A DNA stretch of 64,000 bases, taken from contig CAIOIZ010000049.1 of the NCBI GenBank assembly GCA_903858475.1, positions 1,238 through 65,237 on the forward strand, in the 5' to 3' direction. Below, piece after piece: positions 37,513-45,911 of the stretch (positions are counted from its first letter, which is position 1; each line of letters opens with the position of its first letter). The notes under the pieces are model-generated. The model saw only the letters and a program-made list of their open reading frames with translations, was not told the origin of the DNA and ran no database searches. The position numbers and the translations under genes were made by a program. The stretch comes from an uncultured Bacteroidota bacterium. Its GTDB lineage: Bacteria; Bacteroidota; Bacteroidia; Chitinophagales; Chitinophagaceae.

Positions 37513-38190
37513 ATGAGCCAACATTTTCTACATATTCCTGCTTTATTAGAAGCAAAAGAAATCGAGTCTATTCTTTCACTTTCTGCAAACGCTGAATTTG
37601 TAGATGGTAAAATGACTGCTTCCATGGCAGCAAAAGAAGCTAAAAATAATTTACAAATTACCGCTACCCATGAGTCGCTTGCTACGATCCATGATATTTT
37701 AAACCATGCTATTCAATCCAGCCCCTTGTTTAATATTGCAGCCTTGCCAAAAACAGTATATCCGTTTTTGATTAGCAAATATGGAAAGGGTCATTATTAT
37801 GGTTGGCATGTAGATAGCCCCGTGATGGGTCAACCACCTATTCGAACGGATTTGGCCATGACTGTTTTTTTAAGTGACCCCTCTACTTATGAAGGCGGCG
37901 AATTACTTATACAAGTGGGAGGTAATACCACGGCATTTAAACCTGCAAAAGGCGATGCTATTCTATACCCTTGTCAATATTTACATTGCGTAAACGAAAT
38001 CAGTGCTGGTGAAAGATTGGCGGCGGTTACTTGGGTACAAAGTCATGTAAAAGATCCAGCACAACGACAGTTATTATATCAATTAAATCAAATTCACGCT
38101 TCTTTGTATCAGCAGGCACCCAATGCAGCAGAAACCAATTTGCTATTACAAACGCATAGCAATCTATTTAGAATGTGGGCAGATTTGTAG
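37513..38190 (+). CDS. PKHD-type 2-oxoglutarate/Fe(II) hydroxylase (YbiX/PiuC-like)
   Basis: YGWHVD (HxD), YEGGEL, LHCV...ERLAAVTWVQS, C-terminal helical extension. Confidence 0.9.
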   Translation: MSQHFLHIPALLEAKEIESILSLSANAEFVDGKMTASMAAKEAKNNLQITATHESLATIHDILNHAIQSSPLFNIAALPKTVYPFLISKYGKGHYYGWHVDSPVMGQPPIRTDLAMTVFLSDPSTYEGGELLIQVGGNTTAFKPAKGDAILYPCQYLHCVNEISAGERLAAVTWVQSHVKDPAQRQLLYQLNQIHASLYQQAPNAAETNLLLQTHSNLFRMWADL

Positions 38191-38191
38191 T

Positions 38192-38659
38192 TTAGTGAAT
38201 CAGTAATTTGTAAAATCTTTCGAGTTCAGCTTTATCGGTATTGGATAACGCCTTATTTTTTTCGAATAGGGATTGGAGTAAGCGAACCCTTTTGTGTGCT
38301 GGAAATTTTGCTAATATTTCCTCCAACATTTTCCCCGATTCTTCGTCTTTCTTAGCTGGCTTTAAAACCAGTGGAGCTACCGATTTGTGTTTGGTAGGCT
38401 TTTGTAAAATGATGGCGGCGAGCGTGGCCAGTTTGGGTACAGGAATCTCTTTGTACTTGCTGGCTTTATTGTGCAATCCTTCTAATTGTTTTCTGCTCAG
38501 ACCCCCTCTGTCGCAATATTGCTGGTGTAGGCTTTGTACAAAAGCTGAATGAGGTTGTAATATTATTAGTTGTTGGAGAATATCCAGCGTAACATCTACC
38601 TCGCGGGGTTCAAAGCGTTTGACTTTTTGATGCAGCAGTTTTTGATGCAGGTTGCTCAT
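38192..38659 (-). CDS. Hypothetical protein with an internal two-fold helical repeat
   Basis: 155 aa; 4-nt overlap with the mgsA stop. Confidence 0.7.
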   Translation of the reverse strand: MSNLHQKLLHQKVKRFEPREVDVTLDILQQLIILQPHSAFVQSLHQQYCDRGGLSRKQLEGLHNKASKYKEIPVPKLATLAAIILQKPTKHKSVAPLVLKPAKKDEESGKMLEEILAKFPAHKRVRLLQSLFEKNKALSNTDKAELERFYKLLIH

Positions 38660-39108
38660 AATTTTCTTTTCAAATAACCAGAATAATCGGGTATAATTGT
38701 TTCATATTCTTCCTGCATGAGTGGAGAAGTAAGGATAAAATCTGCACTGGCTCTATCGCAGGCCAATAAAATATTCCAGGCCACTCCCAAACGCAACAAG
38801 GCTTTTACATCGCTGTCATGTGGTTGTGCTTCCATCGGGTCCCAAAAGAAGACGAGCACATCTACTTTTCCTTCTGCAATCAGGGCGCCTAATTGTTGGT
38901 CACCTCCCAAAGGGCCACTTAATAATTTTTGAACCGGCCGATCCAGTCGCTCTTCTAGCATTTTTCCTGTAGTGCCTGTAGCCATCAATTCGTGACGGGC
39001 CAATTCGGCACGATTATAAAAAGCCCAGTCCGATAAATCCTTCTTTTTGTTATCATGTGCCACTAGGGCAATTCGTTTGCGGACTTTGATGATTCTGCGT
39101 TCAGCCAT
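38656..39108 (-). CDS. mgsA: Methylglyoxal synthase
   Basis: ALVAHD, ATGTTG, SGPLGGDQQ, FFWDP...PHDSDVKALLR. Confidence 0.96.
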   Translation of the reverse strand: MAERRIIKVRKRIALVAHDNKKKDLSDWAFYNRAELARHELMATGTTGKMLEERLDRPVQKLLSGPLGGDQQLGALIAEGKVDVLVFFWDPMEAQPHDSDVKALLRLGVAWNILLACDRASADFILTSPLMQEEYETIIPDYSGYLKRKL

Positions 39109-39180
39109 AAGTGATTGATTTTCAATTGATAATTTCAAAATATGCAAGAAGCGAAGTAAATATTTAATTCTTAAATAACC

Positions 39181-39210
39181 TTGTCAGCCCGTCTTTTTAA
39201 TGTACCTTTG
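39181..39210 (+). promoter_or_regulatory. Bacteroidota promoter TTG-N19-TACCTTTG upstream of the long typA leader
   Basis: TTG at 39181-39183 and TACCTTTG at 39203-39210, with canonical spacing. Confidence 0.75.
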
Positions 39211-39328
39211 CGGACTGAAAAAACTTGGGAGGAACCATTTTTGAAAACAATTTTGATTCAAAATGGATATCCCCATCAGGAATTTTGAAAGGTCAGCAGT
39301 CTCGAAATAGACATTCTACCTCCATTGA

Positions 39329-39463
39329 ATGATCAAAAATAGTGAAAACCTTTCCATCGATATTAGATTTCAGGAACATCGAATAAATGAACGACCGAAA
39401 CAATCTGCCTTTTTTGCTTGGGCAAAGGCAAACGTATCGCGCGTATTTTTATCTGGTGCATAG
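39329..39463 (+). CDS. Unannotated 44-aa upstream ORF (MIKNSENLSIDIRFQEHRINERPKQSAFFAWAKANVSRVFLSGA); candidate leader peptide of typA
   Basis: Translated by hand. ATG at 39329, tandem TAG TAA stop, ends 36 nt before typA. Shorter than the ORF-track cutoff. Confidence 0.5.
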   Translation: MIKNSENLSIDIRFQEHRINERPKQSAFFAWAKANVSRVFLSGA

Positions 39464-39499
39464 TAAATTAGGAAGCATATTTTTTTATAAAAAGTAAAC

Positions 39500-41311
39500 A
39501 TGAACATTAGAAACATCGCCATTATTGCTCACGTAGATCATGGTAAAACTACCTTGGTAGATAAGATTTTGCACAGTACCAATATTTTCCGGGATAATCA
39601 GGAAACGGGAGAATTGATTATGGACAATAATGACCTCGAAAGAGAAAGAGGCATTACCATTTTTAGTAAGAACGTATCTGTTACCTATAAAGACGTAAAG
39701 ATTAACGTGATTGATACCCCTGGTCACAGTGACTTTGGTGGTGAAGTAGAAAGGGTATTGAAAATGGCGGATGGTGTATTGTTGCTGGTGGATGCATTCG
39801 AAGGTCCAATGCCTCAAACTCGTTTTGTATTGCACAAAGCATTGGAATTAGGTCTTCATCCGATTGTTGTAATCAATAAAGTGGACAAAGAAAACTGCCG
39901 CCCCGATGAAGTACACGACGCAGTATTTGAATTGTTTTTTAATTTGGATGCAACCGAAGAGCAGTTGAACTTCCCTACAATATATGGTAGTAGCAAGCAA
40001 GGTTGGATGAATACCAGCCTTACGCCTATAGATAATATCATTCCTTTATTGGATGCTATCTTGGAGTATGTACCTGAACCTAAAGTAAACGAGGGGACTA
40101 CTCAAATGCAGATTACCTCATTGGACTATTCTTCCTTTTTAGGTAGAATTGCCGTAGGAAAAGTAGCCAGAGGGGTTATTAGAGAAGGTCAACCCATTGC
40201 ATTGGTACAGGCCGATGGGGGTATTAAAAAAATGAAAGTAAAAGAATTGTACACTTTTGAAGCATTGGGTAAGAAAAAAGCAACGGAAGTAAGCGCAGGT
40301 GATATTTGTGCAATAGTAGGCTTAGATGAATTTAATATCGGTGATACTGTTTGTGATGTCGAATTTCCAGAAGCATTGCCGTTGATTAGTGTCGACGAAC
40401 CAACGATGAGTATGTTGTTCAGTATCAATAACTCGCCTTTCTTTGGTAAGGATGGAAAATTTGTTACGTCTAGGCATTTACGTGATAGACTAATGAAAGA
40501 AACAGAAAAGAATTTAGCACTGCGCGTAGAAGATACAGACGGAGCGGATAGTTTTCAAGTATTTGGTAGAGGTATCCTCCATTTGGGTATTCTAATTGAA
40601 ACAATGCGCAGAGAAGGGTATGAACTTACTGTTGGACAACCTACGGTAATTGTAAAAGAACTTCACGGAAAAAAATGCGAGCCTTACGAAAACTTAGTAG
40701 TGGATGTGCCACAGGAATTCAGTGGTCGTGTAATTGATTTAGTTACTCAACGTAAAGGCGAATTGTTGGTGATGGAAAGTAAGGGCGACATGCAGCACCT
40801 TGAATTTGATATCCCTTCTCGTGGTTTGATTGGCTTGCGTAGCAATATGCTTACCAATACAGCGGGGGAGGCTGTTATGGCTCATCGCTTTACGGATTAT
40901 CGTCCCTGGAAAGGTCCTATTCCTGGAAGAAACAATGGCGTTTTGTTATCAAAAAATACCGAAAAAACAACTGGCTATTCCATTGATAAATTACAAGAAA
41001 GAGGAACCTTTTTTGTTGATCCAGGAGAAGAAGTGTATGCAGGCCAGGTTATCGCAGAACATATCAAGCCAGGCGATTTAGTAGTGAATGCTACTGAACC
41101 AAAGAAACTTACCAATCACCGTGCAAGTGGTAGTGATGATGCAAGTCGCATTGCTCCTAAAACCCTCTTGACTTTGGAAGAGTGTATGGAATATATTCAG
41201 CAAGATGAGTGTATTGAAGTAACACCAAAGAATATACGCATGCGCAAAGTAATATTGAATGAAGATGATCGCAAGAAAGTGCAAAAACAAATGAGCACAG
41301 AATCAGCTTAA
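39500..41311 (+). CDS. typA: Translational GTPase TypA/BipA
   Basis: AHVDHGKTT, ERERGITI, DTPGHSDFGGEVER, GRGILHL, C-terminal EVTPKNIRMRK. Confidence 0.99.
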   Translation: MNIRNIAIIAHVDHGKTTLVDKILHSTNIFRDNQETGELIMDNNDLERERGITIFSKNVSVTYKDVKINVIDTPGHSDFGGEVERVLKMADGVLLLVDAFEGPMPQTRFVLHKALELGLHPIVVINKVDKENCRPDEVHDAVFELFFNLDATEEQLNFPTIYGSSKQGWMNTSLTPIDNIIPLLDAILEYVPEPKVNEGTTQMQITSLDYSSFLGRIAVGKVARGVIREGQPIALVQADGGIKKMKVKELYTFEALGKKKATEVSAGDICAIVGLDEFNIGDTVCDVEFPEALPLISVDEPTMSMLFSINNSPFFGKDGKFVTSRHLRDRLMKETEKNLALRVEDTDGADSFQVFGRGILHLGILIETMRREGYELTVGQPTVIVKELHGKKCEPYENLVVDVPQEFSGRVIDLVTQRKGELLVMESKGDMQHLEFDIPSRGLIGLRSNMLTNTAGEAVMAHRFTDYRPWKGPIPGRNNGVLLSKNTEKTTGYSIDKLQERGTFFVDPGEEVYAGQVIAEHIKPGDLVVNATEPKKLTNHRASGSDDASRIAPKTLLTLEECMEYIQQDECIEVTPKNIRMRKVILNEDDRKKVQKQMSTESA

Positions 41312-41326
41312 TCTTTTAATTTATAC

Positions 41327-41362
41327 AAAGGCCTGGATACTCAATATCCGGGCCTTTTTTTT
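41327..41362 (+). terminator. Intrinsic terminator after typA
   Basis: AAAGGCCTGGATA/TATCCGGGCCTTT stem plus T-run. Confidence 0.85.
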
Positions 41363-41452
41363 GCCGCTCATCTTCAGTTATTTTAAAACAGCATCTTCGG
41401 CAGTGATTTTTCCTTCTTTTATAAATAAGTTTTGACAGCCGACACACTTTAA

Positions 41453-41460
41453 TATCTTTG
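41453..41460 (+). promoter_or_regulatory. TATCTTTG -7 element for the glycosyltransferase operon
   Basis: Exact TAnnTTTG, with TTTG about 19 nt upstream. Confidence 0.65.
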
Positions 41461-41474
41461 TTGTTACTTAAAAG

Positions 41475-42308
41475 ATGATTCCCAATATATTTCATTTTGT
41501 ATTTGGCATGGCAGCCGACTTTGGTGGAAGACCCTTTTCGCTTTCACATTATCTTGCTATTAAGTCTGCCGTAGATGTAAATCAACCTGAAGCTGTTTAT
41601 TTTCATTATGAATATGAACCCTCGGGCGAATGGTGGGAGAAGGCCAAGCCCTTATTGATTTTAAATATAATAAAAGCGCCTGATCAATTTATGGGAAGGC
41701 CTTTGTACCATGTGGCACATAAAGCCGACGTGGTTAGATTGCAAGCATTGAAAGAATGGGGTGGAATTTATTTAGACCTTGATACCATTTGTGTTCGACC
41801 ATTGCATGAATTGTTTAATCATTCATTTATTATTGGTCAGGAATTGAAGGCGGCTTATATCCCCAAAAACTGGCGACAAAAAATAAAGCATCGCATCCGA
41901 ACCTGGTGGAAGGGCAAGGCGGTGGATGAAGTCAATGGACTTTGCAATGCCGCATTGATGGCAGAGAAAAACAGCGCATTCGTAAATTTATGGCTGGATA
42001 CTTATGAAAGTTTTCGTTCAAAAGGAAGAGATAAATATTGGAACGAGCATTCCGTAATAGTGCCCATTCAATTGGCAGCAAAACATCCTTCATTGATTAC
42101 CTTTCTGGGTCCATATGCTTTTCATTTTCCCTTGTATAATCAACCAGGCTTGGCAGCTATGTTCGAAACTAAGACCTCCTTTCCTGACGCTTACTTGCAT
42201 CATTTATGGGAATCCTTCTCTTGGGAAAAATACCTTAGTCAACTCAGTATTCAAGATATCAAGGAACGAGATACTACCTATAATTGTATAGCAAGAAAAC
42301 ATTTGTAA
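41475..42308 (+). CDS. Glycosyltransferase, GT32/DXD sugar-binding type
   Basis: IPNIFHF, ADVVRL..L..WGGIYLDLD, HHLW. Confidence 0.88.
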   Translation: MIPNIFHFVFGMAADFGGRPFSLSHYLAIKSAVDVNQPEAVYFHYEYEPSGEWWEKAKPLLILNIIKAPDQFMGRPLYHVAHKADVVRLQALKEWGGIYLDLDTICVRPLHELFNHSFIIGQELKAAYIPKNWRQKIKHRIRTWWKGKAVDEVNGLCNAALMAEKNSAFVNLWLDTYESFRSKGRDKYWNEHSVIVPIQLAAKHPSLITFLGPYAFHFPLYNQPGLAAMFETKTSFPDAYLHHLWESFSWEKYLSQLSIQDIKERDTTYNCIARKHL

Positions 42309-42323
42309 ACCAACCCAGCAATC

Positions 42324-43469
42324 ATGAAGATAGGCTTTGCAGGAAGATGGAATCCCTTGAATAAGACAGCCTGGTCTGGCATTTATTTTAATACCTATAC
42401 GGAAATAAAAAAATATTATCCAGTTGAAAGCTTTTACTATAAATGGCCCTGGCAGGTGCGGGAGTCGCTTTTATTGCATAAGCAGTTTCAAAAACTATCT
42501 GGTAAAAAAGCAGCGGTCGAATTTTTAAAAGGCTATGGCAAACATTTCAGTAAACAATTGGAAAAGGATTTATTGAAAAGAAAAGTAGACTTGCTTTTTG
42601 TTCCCTCTGCGCCACAGCTCATAGCTTATTGCAATACCAATATACCCATTGTGTATATGACGGATGCAACCTTCTTGCAATTGCAAGGATATTATCCCCT
42701 CTTTAGCGAAATAGCCAATTATAATATTCAACAGGGCATCGATATGGATCGCCTAGTATTTCAAAAAGCTAGTCATTGTATGTTGGCATCGGATTGGACA
42801 AAAGCATCTGCCATCAACGATTACCATATTGATGCAAATAAAATTTCGGTGGTGCCCTTTGGCGCAAACATTGATGCAGCGCCTTCTATAGATTCGCTCA
42901 AATTGGCGCCCAATGAAATTTGTCAATTGTTGTTTTTAGGAGTTGAATGGGAAAGAAAGGGAGGACAAATTGCATTGGATACCCTGCATGCCTTGAATAA
43001 AAATGGCATCTCAGCACAACTCACTATCATTGGTTGTACACCCCCTGGCTTTGTTGAAGGGCAATTCTCCGATGAGAATGTAAGCATCATCCCCTTTATT
43101 GATAAACATCATCAATCGGAGGTGAATCGTTTGAATGATATACTAAGCAAGAGTGATTTTTTATTATTACCCACTCGTGCCGAGTGTGCGGGAATTGTAT
43201 TTTGCGAAGCCAGCGCCTACGGTATCCCAGCCATCACTACCAATACAGGTGGTGTTGGTAATTATGTGAAAGATGGCATCAACGGATATGCGCTGCCACT
43301 CGAAGCAGGATCCGACGAATATGCTACAGTTATTCAAAAAGTATTCACAGATAAAGTAGGATATCGTCAACTTTGTATCAGTAGTAGAAAAAGATATGAG
43401 GAAGATTTGAATTGGGAAAACTGGGGGACTGCTTTTCACCAAATTGCTAAAAATATTTTACAACCATAA
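42324..43469 (+). CDS. GT4 glycosyltransferase
   Basis: LFLG, ECAGIVFCEASAYGIP (ExxxxxxxE). Confidence 0.9.
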   Translation: MKIGFAGRWNPLNKTAWSGIYFNTYTEIKKYYPVESFYYKWPWQVRESLLLHKQFQKLSGKKAAVEFLKGYGKHFSKQLEKDLLKRKVDLLFVPSAPQLIAYCNTNIPIVYMTDATFLQLQGYYPLFSEIANYNIQQGIDMDRLVFQKASHCMLASDWTKASAINDYHIDANKISVVPFGANIDAAPSIDSLKLAPNEICQLLFLGVEWERKGGQIALDTLHALNKNGISAQLTIIGCTPPGFVEGQFSDENVSIIPFIDKHHQSEVNRLNDILSKSDFLLLPTRAECAGIVFCEASAYGIPAITTNTGGVGNYVKDGINGYALPLEAGSDEYATVIQKVFTDKVGYRQLCISSRKRYEEDLNWENWGTAFHQIAKNILQP

Positions 43470-43479
43470 ATTAAAACAA

Positions 43480-44253
43480 TTGTCAATTCCAGCTAACAGT
43501 ATAGCCTACCTGCAAAAATATTTTGATAGAATATTTGTTGTATCCGTGCCTCGTTTTTCCGACAGGCATCAACGGGTTAGTCAACAACTGCAGGGGCTAT
43601 CATTTGATTTTTTCTGGGGAGCAGACAAATTGCAACTGGATGCAGCACAAGTGAAGCAAGATGGCACTTATGATGAATGGCAAGCCAAAAAATTACAAAG
43701 ACAAGGCAAACCCCTCAATTTGGGTGAAATAGCCTGTTCGCTTTCTCATAGGATGGTATACCAAGAAATGATTAATAACAATTGGGAAAGGGTATTGATT
43801 TTAGAAGATGATGTTGTACCCCTAACAGCGCAATTAATTGAATTGCCTGCGGCGCTTGACGAACTGCCACATAATTGGGAATTGGTATACCTGGGTTATT
43901 TGAAACATGAAACAGTTGGAATAGGGTTAAAACTTAAACAGTTTTTTTATAAAATATTGGCTGCTTGCGGAATGATGAAATGGAATTTGACAATGGTTAA
44001 GCATCTTTTACCAAAGCCTTATAGTCAACACTTGCGAAAGGCTGGTTTTCATGACTGTACACATGCTTATGCGGTAACATTGGAAGCAGCTAAAAAATTA
44101 TTGCCTTTACAAAGCCCTGTTGTGTACCGGGCAGACGATTTGCTTTCTTCCACTGTTTTAAAAGGTAGTTTGAATGCATTCGTGACAGTTCCTAAGTTTT
44201 TTGACCAGGAATTGTTCAATAATCCAGCGATTGCTTCAGAAATAAAAGAATGA
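43480..44253 (+). CDS. GT25 glycosyltransferase (LPS/LOS biosynthesis type)
   Basis: GEIACSLSH, ILEDD, THAYAVT, RADD. No upstream ATG; TTG at 43480 or 43444. Confidence 0.85.
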   Translation: MSIPANSIAYLQKYFDRIFVVSVPRFSDRHQRVSQQLQGLSFDFFWGADKLQLDAAQVKQDGTYDEWQAKKLQRQGKPLNLGEIACSLSHRMVYQEMINNNWERVLILEDDVVPLTAQLIELPAALDELPHNWELVYLGYLKHETVGIGLKLKQFFYKILAACGMMKWNLTMVKHLLPKPYSQHLRKAGFHDCTHAYAVTLEAAKKLLPLQSPVVYRADDLLSSTVLKGSLNAFVTVPKFFDQELFNNPAIASEIKE

Positions 44254-44281
44254 TTGTAATTTCTTCTTATTTTTGCCTCCC

Positions 44282-44500
44282 ATGTTGAAGAAGTTTATCA
44301 CCCTATTGTTATTTATTCAATTGATGGCAGGCATCCTACCCGCTATACAGGCTCAATGTTCTATTTGTGCCAAGACTGCTGCTCAAATGGGTGAAAAGCC
44401 AGCTAAAGCTTTGAATGGAGCCATTGTATATTTAATGGCTACTCCTTTTGCCATTGCAGGGGTTGTAGGATTTCGTTGGTGGAAAAGCAGAAAGGATTGA
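44282..44500 (+). CDS. Small exported/membrane protein with AQCSIC (CxxC) motif
   Basis: Signal peptide, CSIC, C-terminal TM (LNGAIVYLMATPF). Confidence 0.7.
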   Translation: MLKKFITLLLFIQLMAGILPAIQAQCSICAKTAAQMGEKPAKALNGAIVYLMATPFAIAGVVGFRWWKSRKD

Positions 44501-44533
44501 ACTTTTGCTGAAACTTGCCAATACAATCTATAG

Positions 44534-44833
44534 TTAGCTGCCAATGGTTTTATGTGTACCATCGCAGTAAGGAGGGTTCTTAGTTTGCTTACATTGGCAA
44601 AACCAAACTTCCTCTTCTTTTTCAAATGCTGCTTTCAAACTTTTATAAGGCAGTACAGACTCCCCCTGTTCGTTGATAATAGGTTCAATTTGTTTGTGTG
44701 CTCCATCACAAAAAGGTTGTTTCTTGCTAAGTCCACAGGTACACCAAGCATAAATTTTTCCAGGTTCTACTTTAACCATGGCAGGTACTTTGTCTGCAGC
44801 TATTGGCAAATCTTTATTGGGGATTAATTCCAT
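44534..44833 (-). CDS. CDGSH iron-sulfur protein with two motifs (CISD3/MiNT-like)
   Basis: WCTCGLSKKQPFCDGAH and FCQCKQTKNPPYCDGTH. Confidence 0.92.
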   Translation of the reverse strand: MELIPNKDLPIAADKVPAMVKVEPGKIYAWCTCGLSKKQPFCDGAHKQIEPIINEQGESVLPYKSLKAAFEKEEEVWFCQCKQTKNPPYCDGTHKTIGS

Positions 44834-44890
44834 TGTTGAAATTGATTTTTACAATTATTGAACTGCAATGTAGGGTATAGTGTGCTAGTT

Positions 44891-45784
44891 TCAGGAAAAA
44901 CCATTTACAAAATGATAAAGGTTAAATTGATCACCAGCCGATTCAATGTTTTTTTTCAATTGAGCCTTATCGATGTTCTTCATTCTTTTTTGTTGAATTA
45001 ACTGATAGGCTTTCTCAGTCAGTAACCAGGCTTTGCGTTTATTGGTACTTGGGTTTGCCAATAGTTTAATAATCGCATCCAATAATTGGTCAATGCCCGT
45101 TTTGTTGGACGCACTGGTTTTAACAATGCTTACTTCTTGCTCTTGCCTTGTAAAACTTGGCGCCAACATCATACGCAGATTTTTTACAAAAAGATCTGCA
45201 TCGGGTCGATCTGCTTTATTTACTACAAATACATCTGCAATCTCCATTAACCCAGCCTTCATGGTTTGTACCTCATCGCCGGCTTCAGGTACCACTACAA
45301 CAACAGTTACATCTGCCAGTCCCGTTATTTCAATTTCACTTTGTCCTACACCAACCGTTTCTATGATGATGTAATCATAGGGGGCTGCCTTTAGCAAATC
45401 ACTGATTTCAATAATTTTTGGATGAAGTCCACCGAGTGCACCCCTGGTGGCCAAGGAACGGATGTATACATTGGGGTGATTGTACCATTCACTCATTCGG
45501 ATGCGGTCTCCCAATAAAGCACCCAAATTGAATGGAGAGGAAGGGTCTACACAAAGCACAGCTACTTTCTTATTGTCCTTCACTAGTAATTGAATCAATG
45601 CATCTACTAATGTGCTTTTGCCTGCACCAGGAGGTCCCGTGATGCCAATAACTGGCGTATGACTAATTGGTAATGATTCTAATAGCTGCTCATAATCCTT
45701 CACTTCATTTTCAATAAAAGAAATTGTTCTGGCCAATGTTTTTACATTGCCTTCTTTTATCTCTTTGAGTTGGGTTTGCCACAT
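44891..45784 (-). CDS. meaB: Methylmalonyl-CoA mutase-associated GTPase MeaB
   Basis: GPPGAGKST, VDPSS, LLGDRIRM, ETVGVGQSE, NKAD. Confidence 0.93.
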   Translation of the reverse strand: MWQTQLKEIKEGNVKTLARTISFIENEVKDYEQLLESLPISHTPVIGITGPPGAGKSTLVDALIQLLVKDNKKVAVLCVDPSSPFNLGALLGDRIRMSEWYNHPNVYIRSLATRGALGGLHPKIIEISDLLKAAPYDYIIIETVGVGQSEIEITGLADVTVVVVVPEAGDEVQTMKAGLMEIADVFVVNKADRPDADLFVKNLRMMLAPSFTRQEQEVSIVKTSASNKTGIDQLLDAIIKLLANPSTNKRKAWLLTEKAYQLIQQKRMKNIDKAQLKKNIESAGDQFNLYHFVNGFS

Positions 45785-45911
45785 ATAGCAAATTTCATTT
45801 TTAATCTATCAAATTCCAAATGGAATTTGATAGGGGTTGGTAATAGGCAGGAGAAAGATACCAATTCCTAAAATCTCGTGATATCGTCTTTAATTGGTTT
45901 ATTTGTAAAAT

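Noticed and set aside
43444-43479. Frameshifted fusion or pseudogene at the GT4/GT25 junction
   Set aside because: Both ORFs are full length for their families; a TTG start at 43480 explains the apparent overlap.
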